This document shows positions 46,547-56,054 of a stretch of DNA of 64,000 bases, in pieces; within the stretch, counting starts at the first letter, position 1; each line of letters begins with the position of its first letter. Origin of the DNA: a virus; the IMG/VR virus record IMGVR_UViG_3300021184_000001, positions 34,854-98,853 of that record; one strand, written 5' to 3'. Under the pieces are notes generated by a model. It was not told the origin of the DNA. It did no database searches and was given only the letters and a program-made list of their open reading frames with translations. A program made the position numbers and the translations under genes.

Positions 46547-46899
46547 GCGAGCAGGTCGACCACTCCTATCTGTCCCAGGCGCCGATCACGCTGGTGTGCC
46601 CTCCCGAGCTGAAGTCGCGGCTGATGCTGCGCCTAGCCGACTGGGCCACTGACGTCGAAGGCAAGCTCGACCCGGGCATCCAGGTCCATGTGGGACGCCG
46701 CGACCGGGACGACTACGGCAGCGAAGCCCCGCAGGGGTACATCACGGTGGTCCCGGGTGTGTTCGTGCTCTACGGCGAGGCGCCTTTCACCGGCGACGGC
46801 GGCCAGACCATCGCGTGGTGGGCAGCGCCGCGCGCCTACTTCATCGGCGAAGACGACCTCGCTGCGCCGCCGCGCTTAGGATCGGGGCATGAACCCTGA
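46543..46899 (+). CDS. Hypothetical protein
   Basis: GTGA overlap; 118 aa. Confidence 0.55.
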   Translation: MSEQVDHSYLSQAPITLVCPPELKSRLMLRLADWATDVEGKLDPGIQVHVGRRDRDDYGSEAPQGYITVVPGVFVLYGEAPFTGDGGQTIAWWAAPRAYFIGEDDLAAPPRLGSGHEP

Positions 46900-47131
46900 C
46901 TCGATCCTCGTCGGCAGCCCCCTGTGGTCGTTCAACCGGCTGCTGGACGGCGTCGGTTACCGCTATCCGGTGGTCATCTGCTGCCAGGGTCGCAGCTCGT
47001 GCAGCGCCTGCGCCACGGCCCACACCCGGCAGCATGCGCTTGAGTGGATGGTCAGCCACTCCGGCACGCACGCCGAAGGCACCACCGAGTTCGGCCTGTG
47101 GCTCAGCGACACGCCAGGCCACATGCTATAA
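46889..47131 (+). CDS. Small Cys/His protein
   Basis: CCQG..CSAC..H; ATG 6 nt after TAGGAT. Confidence 0.5.
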   Translation: MNPDSILVGSPLWSFNRLLDGVGYRYPVVICCQGRSSCSACATAHTRQHALEWMVSHSGTHAEGTTEFGLWLSDTPGHML

Positions 47132-47437
47132 AACAGGGAGCTGGCTCTCGCGGCCTCGCCGCCAGTCGGCCCTCATGAGCAACGGGGGGCCGGACGTTAG
47201 CCCAGACGCTGGGTGCGGTGAGAAGTGACGCGCTCACCAGCGAGGCCGCATCTCCAGGTAGCATTGGAGGCTCCGAAGGCCCCGACGTTCAGGCGGGGCG
47301 ACCCGGCGCAATCGCAGACTGCAGGGTGGGGTCCTGCCGTGCACGGCGTGCATCGGACACGGCCGTGGAGATTACGCGCCGCGCTGCCATCGGGGTTCAG
47401 CCACGGCAGCGCGGCGCACTCATCGCATAGCTGAATA

Positions 47438-47446
47438 AAACGGACA
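47438..47446. promoter_or_regulatory. AANCRGACA box upstream of terL
   Basis: TAAAACGGACATT; TAGATT at 47453-47458. Confidence 0.65.
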
Positions 47447-47464
47447 TTCGGGTAGATTCGGGTT

Positions 47465-48979
47465 ATGCCGGATCTGTCGAAGCTGTCTGACGCGGAGCTG
47501 TACGCCTACGCCGCGCGCGTTCAGGCGCTCCACGATCCCGCCAGCCTCGGCGCCTGGATCGAACCGCGCTACCAGATCTGCCCCCACCACCGCCTCATCG
47601 GCGACCGCCTGGCGCAGCTGGCCCAACCGGGCGGCAAACGCAAGGTCATGATCTTCGCGCCCCCGCGCACCGGCAAGAGCGAGCTGGTCACCAAGAAGTT
47701 CCCGCTGTGGTGGCTCGCCCGCCACCCCCACCACCAGGTCGTCGCCGCCGCCTACGGATCGGATCTGGCCAAGAACTGGGGCCGCGACGTCCGCAAGGCC
47801 GTCCGCGAGCACGGCAGCAAACTCGGTTTGAGCATCTCCCCGGAGCAGCGCACCGCCCAAGCCTGGAAGCTCACTACCGGTGGCGGCATGAAAACTGTCG
47901 GTGTGGGTTCGGGTTTGACCGGCCATGACGGCGACCTGCTCATCTGCGACGACCCCCACAAAGACCGCGAAGAAGCCGAATCGAAGATCTTCCGCGACGC
48001 GGTCGACCACTGGTGGACCTCCACGTTCCTCACCCGAGGGTCTCCCGGCGCCCCCATCGTCCTCGTTCTCACCCGATGGCACGAAGACGACATCGCCGGT
48101 CGCCTTTTGCAACGCGAAGGCAACGAATGGGACGTCATCCGCCTCCCCGCGATCGCCGTTGACGCGAACGACCCGCTCGGCCGCGCCCTCGGCGAACCGC
48201 TCGGCCACCCGAAGATCCCCCAGGACGACAAGAACGCGCTCCTCGCGCACTGGGGCGGCCTGCAGTCCTCGCTGTCCAAGCGCGACTGGTTCGCCCTGTT
48301 CCAATGCGACCCCCAACCCGTCGAAGGGGCCCTCCTCACCCTCGAACAGATCGAAGCGTCCCGCCACCGCGCCGGAGAACCGCTCCCCGAGAAGCTGCGC
48401 GTCGCCGTCGCCGTCGACCCTTCCGGCACTGCAGGCGGCGACGAAGCCGGGATCGTCGCCGGGTTCCTCGGCGACGACAACCGCTGCTACATCACCCACG
48501 ACAAGTCCCGGCAGGCGTCCCCCACCGAATGGGCCCGCGAGGTCGCCCTCATGTCGTACGAGCTGACCGCCGACGTCATCTTCGTGGAGACGAACTTCGG
48601 CGGCGAGATGTGCAAGCTCCAGATCCAGTCAGCATGGTCCGATCTGGAGGAAGACGGTGCCATTCCACCCGATGTCCCCATCCCCCGAATAGATGAAGTT
48701 CGCGCCCGATACGGAAAACGCATTCGCGCGGACCCGGTTGCCCAATACTGGGTGCAAGGCGATATCCGTCTGGTCGGTGAACATGACAAGCTCATCCAGC
48801 AGTGGACGACCTGGCAGCCCGGTTCCCGAGAAAGCCCCGGGCGCATCGACGCCACGGTCTACCTCGCACAAGGGCTCCTCAAAGGAGCCGGATACGGGAG
48901 AGGCGAAATCATCGAACCGCCGATCGGGATGAGCATCTACGCCGACCCCCTCGACTGGGCCACCACGGACCTGTACTAG
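47465..48979 (+). CDS. terL: Terminase large subunit
   Basis: FAPPRTGKS Walker A, LICDDPHKD Walker B, VLVLTRWHEDD, VAVDPSG, SPGRIDA. Confidence 0.93.
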   Translation: MPDLSKLSDAELYAYAARVQALHDPASLGAWIEPRYQICPHHRLIGDRLAQLAQPGGKRKVMIFAPPRTGKSELVTKKFPLWWLARHPHHQVVAAAYGSDLAKNWGRDVRKAVREHGSKLGLSISPEQRTAQAWKLTTGGGMKTVGVGSGLTGHDGDLLICDDPHKDREEAESKIFRDAVDHWWTSTFLTRGSPGAPIVLVLTRWHEDDIAGRLLQREGNEWDVIRLPAIAVDANDPLGRALGEPLGHPKIPQDDKNALLAHWGGLQSSLSKRDWFALFQCDPQPVEGALLTLEQIEASRHRAGEPLPEKLRVAVAVDPSGTAGGDEAGIVAGFLGDDNRCYITHDKSRQASPTEWAREVALMSYELTADVIFVETNFGGEMCKLQIQSAWSDLEEDGAIPPDVPIPRIDEVRARYGKRIRADPVAQYWVQGDIRLVGEHDKLIQQWTTWQPGSRESPGRIDATVYLAQGLLKGAGYGRGEIIEPPIGMSIYADPLDWATTDLY

Positions 48980-48987
48980 GAGCACAC

Positions 48988-49266
48988 ATGGCATGCACAA
49001 TGAACCTGGGCGAATGGACGATGGTCATGCGCGGCCCCGACGGCGATGAGTACCCCATCGCCGCCGGGCAGCTCCCCGCATCGATCCTCCCGCACTACGG
49101 CGACGACCATCAAGTCGTCGTCACGGTCGAACTCGCCCAGTTCATTCGCGGCATCGCCGACCAGGTCGAGGAACTCGCCATCAACGGCGACGTCCCCGAC
49201 ATGACATGCGCTCACAACGCCGATGACCTATACTCGCCTTCAGGGGAACAGCCGCCGTGCCAATGA
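48988..49266 (+). CDS. Hypothetical protein
   Basis: RBS AGGAG after terL stop; 92 aa. Confidence 0.55.
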   Translation: MACTMNLGEWTMVMRGPDGDEYPIAAGQLPASILPHYGDDHQVVVTVELAQFIRGIADQVEELAINGDVPDMTCAHNADDLYSPSGEQPPCQ

Positions 49267-49505
49267 CCCGCCAAGCGGGTGAGATCACGAGCAACACCTG
49301 GCACGGTTCCGGCGGCGCCGCATCGTTTCTTCACACTGTGCGCGGCGCCGCCGACCACCCCAAACACCCACCGGCCGTACCCGCACTGCGTGTTAGACTC
49401 ACGTCGCTTCTTGTCGGGGAAGGCCGTGCGTGACCTCTGGACACCTGTAGGACTCCCCGCAGAGCGGGCGCGCCCGGCTTTCAGAGGGGGGAGGTCGGGC
49501 GACAA

Positions 49506-49587
49506 GGATCGGTGCCCGAGCGGCCAAAAGGGGCTGGCTGTAAACCAGCTGCATCACGCATCGCAGGTTCAAATCCTGCCCGGTCCA
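49506..49587 (+). tRNA. tRNA-Tyr(GTA)
   Basis: GGATCGG/CCGGTCC acceptor, GCTGG-CTGTAAA-CCAGC anticodon arm (GTA 49540-49542), long variable arm, GCAGG-TTCAAAT-CCTGC; no encoded CCA. Confidence 0.92.
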
Positions 49588-49588
49588 C

Positions 49589-50464
49589 ATGAACAACCCA
49601 CCCGACCCGAACGTCGTCCGGTTCTTCCGTCTTATCCTCACCGACCCGGCCGCCGCCGAGACCGAACTCGACCAGTGGTCCAAGAACGAACGCGCCATGC
49701 TCCGCTCCTGCGCCGCCCAACAAGCCACCATGTCCGGCTTCCAAGAAATGCCGAAACCCGCGCAGATCCGTGCCCTCGCCTCCCGCATGCGCCGCATCTT
49801 CAACGAACCCATCGACTCGTTCGCGCTGGCCTCGGTCATCGAAAGCTGCTTCACCCCGGACTCGGTGGCCGCGCAGCGACGCCTGGACTCGATCCACCCG
49901 CAGGTCATGCGGCGTATCGCATTCCTCCTACCGCACGGTATCTATTCTGGCGCCGCTGTCCCGGCAGCGGACGTTGACCGGTGGGTGGACAAGGCTGTAA
50001 ACCATTTCCTGGTGGGACGCCAGTCGATGATCGAGGCGTTCGGGGAGGACTACGCCGAGTTCTACCGGACAGTCTGCATCAACCCCAGCGGCGCCGCACG
50101 CCTGCTGTTCGAAGACGACACGAAGACGCCGCACCAACGATCGATCATGGTCTACAACGCCGCCAGCGGCGCCCTCCACATACTTTTCGAGGGGCGCAGG
50201 CCCGACCGCGATGAACGCGACCGCCTCGCGAAAGACATCGAGTTGCTCCACGGCGAGTTCCCTGTCGAGGCACTGGAAGAGATCATCGAAGCGTTCGCCG
50301 ATCCGACGGCGCAGGGCCACTGGAGGGATGAAACTGTCCACTTGTCAGTGGCGACACTGCTGCCCTCCGTGATGGTGCACCGGCTGGGGATGACGACGAT
50401 GAGCATCAACGACTTCATGCGCTCCTGCAGGAAAGCCGAGAAGGCCTTCCACGAGCTCGGCTAG
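49589..50464 (+). CDS. Hypothetical protein with internal duplication
   Basis: 291 aa; two similar halves of about 140 aa. Confidence 0.65.
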   Translation: MNNPPDPNVVRFFRLILTDPAAAETELDQWSKNERAMLRSCAAQQATMSGFQEMPKPAQIRALASRMRRIFNEPIDSFALASVIESCFTPDSVAAQRRLDSIHPQVMRRIAFLLPHGIYSGAAVPAADVDRWVDKAVNHFLVGRQSMIEAFGEDYAEFYRTVCINPSGAARLLFEDDTKTPHQRSIMVYNAASGALHILFEGRRPDRDERDRLAKDIELLHGEFPVEALEEIIEAFADPTAQGHWRDETVHLSVATLLPSVMVHRLGMTTMSINDFMRSCRKAEKAFHELG

Positions 50465-50520
50465 CGGCAGATCTGCGACTACACCCCTGGCACTTCTATG
50501 ACCAGCAAGGACGACACTCC

Positions 50521-50946
50521 ATGACACCGCTACGCCTGATCAGCCTGCTCGCTGCCGTCGCGCTCTTCAGCGTGTCGGTAACGGCGGTGTCCTTTGCCCT
50601 CGGATCACCCGAGAAGTTCACTTCCTTGCTCGCAGGCACGAGCATCATGATGCTCGTCGCATCGACCATCGTCATGCTTCAGCACTGGATGCTCGCCTTC
50701 CTGTTCCGGCAGACGCACGCCATGCAACGCATCGTGGCCGAGCGCCACGGCAGTGCCCGCGTCGACGACGACCAGGCGGAACTACCGCCGCGCTGCCGCT
50801 CCTGCAACGAGGCCATCATCGGCTACACCGGCGCTTACCGCATCAACGACCACGGCCTGGTCTCCCTGGAGGAAACCAACCAGCCGTGCGGGTGCCGCGT
50901 CCACCGCATCCGGCTCCTCGGCCCGGTCACGGCACCGGACGCCTAA
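50521..50946 (+). CDS. Membrane protein with C-terminal Zn finger
   Basis: Two TM helices; CRSC..PCGC. Confidence 0.65.
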   Translation: MTPLRLISLLAAVALFSVSVTAVSFALGSPEKFTSLLAGTSIMMLVASTIVMLQHWMLAFLFRQTHAMQRIVAERHGSARVDDDQAELPPRCRSCNEAIIGYTGAYRINDHGLVSLEETNQPCGCRVHRIRLLGPVTAPDA

Positions 50947-51440
50947 CTGTCGCGGCGACGCTCCTCCTTCGTGCGCACCCGCCGCGTCGGATGACGCACG
51001 ACCTTCCGCTTCTTCGCCTTCCCCCCACCGCCGTAGGCACGGTCATGGCTGTGAGGGTGGCCGTCGTGAGCGTGATGGGCAGCGAGCATGTTCATCGCGC
51101 TGAACCGCAGCAGCTCGGCCGCGAGCGACCGTGATTCCGCCAAGTGCGCGATGATCATCTGCAGCTCTTCCGCTTCCTCGGGCGATCCGATCGGTGTGAT
51201 GCCTTCGAAGGTGCCGAGGACCAGGGCCGCGAACCGGCGCGTGGTGAGCAACGCCGTGGGCTCAACCGCGATGTCGTCGACGATCGCTTCGAAGCACGGC
51301 ACGCAACCATCCATCTCCGCGCAGATCGCGTTCTCCGCGAGCGCGACATGCCGGTCCTCGCCGAGGACGGCGCGGGCGCCGGGCCCGTCGACGATCAGCC
51401 GGTAGTGGGACCGGTAATGGTGTCCAGCTCGGTCTTCCAT
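50943..51440 (-). CDS. Hypothetical protein
   Basis: 165 aa; RBS GAAAGG. Confidence 0.55.
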   Translation of the reverse strand: MEDRAGHHYRSHYRLIVDGPGARAVLGEDRHVALAENAICAEMDGCVPCFEAIVDDIAVEPTALLTTRRFAALVLGTFEGITPIGSPEEAEELQMIIAHLAESRSLAAELLRFSAMNMLAAHHAHDGHPHSHDRAYGGGGKAKKRKVVRHPTRRVRTKEERRRDS

Positions 51441-51847
51441 TGCGCTGCCTTTCGTCGAGCACCGGGGAGGTCGTGCGCCAGCATGTGCAGTGCCTGTACG
51501 GCCATCGCGCGACGCTGCACGGCTGAAGCTTGTTCGAGGTCGCGGCGGATCGCGTCTTCATCGAGCCGGTGCGGCAGGCCGTCCTGGTAAGCGCTGGGCT
51601 TCTCCAGGGCAAGCTCGGTCGCGTGCGCGAGTCGCGCGAGCTCCATCATCGCCTCGGTCGACGCGGCCACCCGGTTCGCCATGGCCTTCGAGCACGGCAC
51701 GCACATGCTCAAGCCGATCTCGTGCGCGGTCCATACGAGCCGCCGCGCCACCGGCAGCTGCCCGAGGACGCGACGCTGCTCACCGGACAGCCGCTCTTTC
51801 AGGTGGGTGTCGACACCATGCCGTGAAGGGTTCACCGAATCTCCCAT
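51395..51847 (-). CDS. Hypothetical protein
   Basis: 150 aa, helical, CxxC; start uncertain. Confidence 0.45.
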   Translation of the reverse strand: MGDSVNPSRHGVDTHLKERLSGEQRRVLGQLPVARRLVWTAHEIGLSMCVPCSKAMANRVAASTEAMMELARLAHATELALEKPSAYQDGLPHRLDEDAIRRDLEQASAVQRRAMAVQALHMLAHDLPGARRKAAQWKTELDTITGPTTG

Positions 51848-51957
51848 CGGTTCTGGTGAAGGCGTTCGCGGACATGCCGGTGTCCGGAGGCATTCAGAAC
51901 ATGAAGCACCCGTTGATGGTAACGGAGCGCCGTGGATGAGCAGCAGTGTGTAGGCGG

Positions 51958-52596
51958 TTAGGCCTGCTCGATCGCCGGTGCGGGTCCGGCCGCCGCGAGT
52001 TCGGCGCGGCGGCGCAGCTCTTCGGCGAGTTCCATGGTGCGGGCGTCGAGCGAGTCGCCGCTGCCGACGGTCACTTCGGCGCGGGCTCCGGCCATGATCT
52101 GCGCGGCGGCAGCCTGCTCGGGGCCCCCGAGGCGCGTCATGCCGAGGATGCCGTTGCCGACCTTCACGGACGTCTCCCAGAACATGACGAGGTCGCGCAG
52201 TTTCCAGTTCTCGGCGTCCTGGACCATGGCTTCCATGGCTTTGAAGATCATGTCCTCGGCTTTCGCGAGCTGCTTCAGCCGGTTCTCGACAAGGACGAGC
52301 CAGTGGTGCTCCAGCTGCCCCTGCACGGACTGGACTTTCGCGAGGTCATTCGCGCGGGCGCGCGCTTCCCACGAGTAGCGGCGCGCGAGGCGCTTGACGT
52401 GCCGGTCGGAGAAGTCCGTCTTGCCGAACAGCTCGGAGATCCGGCGTGGCAGCACCTCGCGGGTATCGGTGTCCGCCTGCGGGGAAAGCTTCATGTACAT
52501 CTTGAACAGGGTGTACTGCTCGTCGGTCTCGCCCGGCTGCTGCTCCCACAACTCGATGTCCTCATCGAGTTCGATCGGTTCATCCCAGTTCGACAT
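51958..52596 (-). CDS. terS: Terminase small subunit
   Basis: WEQQPGETDEQYTLF..Y..WEARARAND resembles the WERQxGES TerS family; ATG 6 nt after TACGAT. Confidence 0.7.
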   Translation of the reverse strand: MSNWDEPIELDEDIELWEQQPGETDEQYTLFKMYMKLSPQADTDTREVLPRRISELFGKTDFSDRHVKRLARRYSWEARARANDLAKVQSVQGQLEHHWLVLVENRLKQLAKAEDMIFKAMEAMVQDAENWKLRDLVMFWETSVKVGNGILGMTRLGGPEQAAAAQIMAGARAEVTVGSGDSLDARTMELAEELRRRAELAAAGPAPAIEQA

Positions 52597-52611
52597 ACAC
52601 AAATCGTACAG

Positions 52612-52620
52612 AACCGGACA
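52612..52620. promoter_or_regulatory. AANCRGACA box upstream of terS
   Basis: AACCGGACA; minus-strand TACGAT 3 nt away. Confidence 0.65.
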
Positions 52621-52742
52621 ATGCTCACAATGCATTGTCGACAACCGGGCTAACATGAACGCGCCGCAGATGCTACGCTGGCACACGCGAAGAATGAAGA
52701 CACACAGGGTTGGGAGCCACCGTCTCGGCTAACCCAACCCAC

Positions 52743-52775
52743 ACAGCCCGGGGAGACCTCCGTCCCCCGGGCTGT
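52743..52775 (+). other. Hairpin in 5' leader of second DUF6879 gene
   Basis: ACAGCCCGGGG / CCCCGGGCTGT, 11-bp stem. Confidence 0.5.
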
Positions 52776-52802
52776 CCCATGCCCACGGGAAGGAACACTT
52801 CG

Positions 52803-53486
52803 ATGACCGCCATTCCACCGCTGCTGGACCCGGCCGAGGGCGAATACCTTCCCGACGAGGAGTTCTTCAGCGACTTCAACACCCGCTTCTGGGAGGCCAC
52901 CGACTTCTGGAAACTCGAACGCGCCACGCACTTCGCTGAACCCGACAGCCCCTCATGGCAGGCGTTTCAGCGCGGCAACTGGGAACTGGCCCTCCGGCTC
53001 ATCGAAGCACGCCGGACCGACCTCGAAATCCACCACGACGAGATGCGCGACCGAGGCATCACCGCCCGCCGCGTCCGCATCGTCGACGAACCCATCGGCC
53101 CCTACCTCCAATGGGAACTCCACCTACTGCGACTGCGCGACGAAGTCTCCGGCGCCACCATCCGCGTCTTCCCCACCACCGCCATCACCGAAGACGAACG
53201 CGCCTACGGCAGGGAACTCCCCGAAATCTGCACCATGGACGACACCGTTCTCTACCTCCACACCTACGACGAGCACGGCGTCCAAGACCGCAACATCCGC
53301 TTCACCGACCCGGACATCGTCACCGCGTGGCGCGACTACACCAAATACCTCTGGGAGCACGGCCTCCCCCTCGACGACTACTTCGAAAAGCACGTCAAGG
53401 GCCTCCCCGCCCCAGGCCCCGTCGAGCAGCTCCCCGACGACTACCTCGAAACGCGAGAACACTACCGGCCGAAAAAGCGCCTGTAA
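52803..53486 (+). CDS. DUF6879-like protein (second copy)
   Basis: FWKLERATHF.EP.SPSW.AF..G.W, RRVRIVDEP..PYLQWE. Confidence 0.7.
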   Translation: MTAIPPLLDPAEGEYLPDEEFFSDFNTRFWEATDFWKLERATHFAEPDSPSWQAFQRGNWELALRLIEARRTDLEIHHDEMRDRGITARRVRIVDEPIGPYLQWELHLLRLRDEVSGATIRVFPTTAITEDERAYGRELPEICTMDDTVLYLHTYDEHGVQDRNIRFTDPDIVTAWRDYTKYLWEHGLPLDDYFEKHVKGLPAPGPVEQLPDDYLETREHYRPKKRL

Positions 53487-53512
53487 GCAGGAGCGGCTGC
53501 TAGCGTCGCTCC

Positions 53513-53980
53513 ATGCGATTCGACATCCCCGGGCCCGTCCACGCCCACGTGAACATGACCATGCGACGCATCATCAAGGAAGCCGACCAGGCGCCCGTCA
53601 TCTGGGAACCCGACGAGATGCCCAAAGACCGCGACCAAGCCAGCCGACACCTCGCCGCCTTCATCGAGATGATCCAGATCGAGCTCCGCTACCGGTGGCG
53701 CGAAAGCCCCCACTTCCTGGCCGTACCTGAATGGACCCGCAACGCCCTTCTGCGCTACCCCCACCTCACCGACACCTTCACCGTCATCCCCGGCTGGGAC
53801 AACCCCCCACCCCACGACACCACCGGCCTATGGCACGCCATCGCCTTCCTGACCACGCTCAGCCCCCTGGAGACGCTGCTCTCCACCAGAGAGAGCTGGA
53901 CGAAGGCCAGCACCTTCACCTGGGTCTTCCCTTGCAACACCAGATTCCTCGGACCGATCCTGCAACCCACCCAGGAATGA
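53513..53980 (+). CDS. Hypothetical protein
   Basis: ATG 6 nt after TAGCGT; 155 aa. Confidence 0.55.
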   Translation: MRFDIPGPVHAHVNMTMRRIIKEADQAPVIWEPDEMPKDRDQASRHLAAFIEMIQIELRYRWRESPHFLAVPEWTRNALLRYPHLTDTFTVIPGWDNPPPHDTTGLWHAIAFLTTLSPLETLLSTRESWTKASTFTWVFPCNTRFLGPILQPTQE

Positions 53981-54412
53981 CGCGGCATCCCCCAACTCCG
54001 CCGCCATCTCCCCAATCGCCGCACGGCGCCGCGCAATGAAATCGTTCGCGATCTCCACCACCAGCTCCGCGCGATCGCTCACCGAACTCCACTGCAGAAG
54101 CTCCACCACCTCCTCATGCGCGCCCTCCGGCGGCGGCTCAGACGTGAACAGCAACTTCACGACCTTCCCCAACGACGCCACCGCACCCACATCCTTAGCC
54201 AGCAACCACACCAGCCGCTGCGAACACCCTATGCACTCATCCGACGCCACTGACAACCACAGCTCAACCTTCCGCTGCTCCTCCACAGTCCCGTACTCCG
54301 CACCCAAAGACCCGAACACCGGGAATCGGTGCTCCTCCGGCGCATGCCCGAACGGCAGAACTCGTCTTGTTTGCATGGCCCGGAAGTCTAGACGATCGAA
54401 CACGACAGGCAT
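53828..54412 (-). CDS. Hypothetical protein
   Basis: Protein-like composition on the G/T-rich strand; 3' end overlaps the convergent gene. Confidence 0.45.
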   Translation of the reverse strand: MPVVFDRLDFRAMQTRRVLPFGHAPEEHRFPVFGSLGAEYGTVEEQRKVELWLSVASDECIGCSQRLVWLLAKDVGAVASLGKVVKLLFTSEPPPEGAHEEVVELLQWSSVSDRAELVVEIANDFIARRRAAIGEMAAELGDAASFLGGLQDRSEESGVAREDPGEGAGLRPALSGGEQRLQGAERGQEGDGVP

Positions 54413-54561
54413 TCACTCGATGTCACCACACCCCAACCCGCCCACCCTGCTAACGTGAACACCACAGACATCCGAGCTCCACCCCCACAGAGCCGCCGCG
54501 CTGCACGGCAGTCATACCCCGAGCAGCGCGGCACCCACACCAACCCGCCAAGGACCCACCG

Positions 54562-54861
54562 ATGAGCACCCAGCCCATCTACATCACCATGAGCCACATC
54601 GCCAAAACCCTCGGATACGCCCCCAGCAACATCAACCACCTCATCACCAAATGGCACAACGACCCCGACCTACCCACCCCACCACCCGACGCACACCTCA
54701 TCGGAAACAAAACCACCCCCACCCCCCTCTGGCTCCAAGAACACCTCCCCAAATGGGAAACCTGGAACCAACAACGCATCACCCTCAGCCACGAGCGAGC
54801 TGCACACAGCCCCACCATCGGCAGACCAGCCGCCCCCGGCAAACGAACCACCCACCAGTGA
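54562..54861 (+). CDS. HTH regulator (actinophage repressor-like)
   Basis: ITMSHIAKTLG..NI..LITKW..PTPPPD..IG..LW..W; RBS AAGGA. Confidence 0.6.
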   Translation: MSTQPIYITMSHIAKTLGYAPSNINHLITKWHNDPDLPTPPPDAHLIGNKTTPTPLWLQEHLPKWETWNQQRITLSHERAAHSPTIGRPAAPGKRTTHQ

Positions 54862-54931
54862 GCATTCCTCACGTGCTACCATCATGATCTCGAAAAATTT
54901 CATGACCCCCCCTATCTTTTAAGGGGGTGTC

Positions 54932-55164
54932 GTCCACTGTGGACGGATCGGCCCTCCTTTGTAGTCTGTCGATTTTGGATTGATCCTGTGTGGACTGTCG
55001 TGTGTGGACGCATGATCTTCGCTCATTCCTGTGTGGACGTCCTTTGTGGACGCTGGCGTGTCTCTTGTGGGTTCGTCCTGTGTGGAATTGGTGAGCGTCG
55101 CTTGTGGATTATGCGCATTGGCGCGCTGGCACTAGCCGCGCGGTTAGCTACCTCTCATGTGGAC
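54932..55164 (+). repeat. Array of TGTGGA(C/T/A) motifs, DnaA-box/iteron-like
   Basis: Copies at 54938, 54989, 55003, 55032, 55045, 55081, 55103, 55158 (variant at 55066); TCCTGTGTGGA at 54984, 55027, 55076; GTCCAC-T-GTGGAC palindrome 54932-54944. Confidence 0.85.
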
Positions 55165-55813
55165 TATCTCTGTGTAGCGATGCGCTTGCGTTCGGTAGCT
55201 GGCGTCTCACTGTGTGGCATTCGGTAAACAATGTGTTCATACTCGGTATGCATGGAATGTGCCTTTGACATGCAGCTCCATTCTTGGGAGCGCTCCATTC
55301 CTTGCCAGCACGACATCACAAACTGATAACGATCATGGCCTCACCCTTGACGCCAGCGCGGTACTGTGCTATTTCGCGCGCGCACACATGCGCACCGTGT
55401 GTAGAGAGCTAGGCCGCGCTGGCGTACCCGTCCGCCTAGGCCGCTGTACGCCTCCCTACGCCGCTCCCGTGGCACGTCCCTACCCGTGACTAGGCCGCGC
55501 CACTGCCAGCGCGCTACGCCTCCCCTAGCGGCCCGTCCGAACCGGTCGCAAGCGATCTAGCAGGGGAAACGCGTATTGTCGCAGGCCAGCGCCGCAATGC
55601 CTCTTTAGCCTCATCTTGTCGCGCTGGCAGGCGTGCGCCACACGCGCCCCATCGTGTCCACTTCGGACGCTCTCGGCTCCACTTGCGACAGTGCGACGAA
55701 TCTACCAGGGAAAACGCTGCATCCTCCCAGCTCACGCCATCAATGCCTCATCCATATCGTCTCGCACCTCTAGGGATATCCCTTCACAGCGCGCGATCGC
55801 TGGCCGCGCTGGC
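55122..55813. repeat. CGCGCTGGC (6 copies) and CTAGGCCGC (3 copies) repeats
   Basis: CGCGCTGGC at 55122, 55415, 55620, 55805 and inverted at 55352, 55505; CTAGGCCGC at 55409, 55436, 55490. Confidence 0.75.
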
Positions 55814-56045
55814 GACTTGTGGCGCGTGTGGCTAGCGTGACTACTGTGACTGTCCACTGTGTAAAGCAAGCGCTTTCCGCTCGACTGTCCACAATGTCGA
55901 TACCGTGCGAATTTCAAGAATCTTGAGCCGCTGACCAGGCAATACGCAGCCTTTACCAAACCGTGACCTTTGTGGCAAGCGCTCTCATCACCTCTTAAGG
56001 GCCGACCCCATTTCCTCCCATAAGCTCGTGACCAGGCGAAACGCA

Positions 56046-56054
56046 AAACGGACA
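56046..56054. promoter_or_regulatory. AANCRGACA box in control region
   Basis: CAAAACGGACAAAA. Confidence 0.55.

Noticed and set aside
47150-47434. Short ORFs upstream of terL
   Set aside because: No SD, atypical composition, no motifs; may be intergenic
27894-49587. tRNAs as attP/att remnants
   Set aside because: Both are full-length cloverleafs with no duplicated 3' fragment and no nearby integrase
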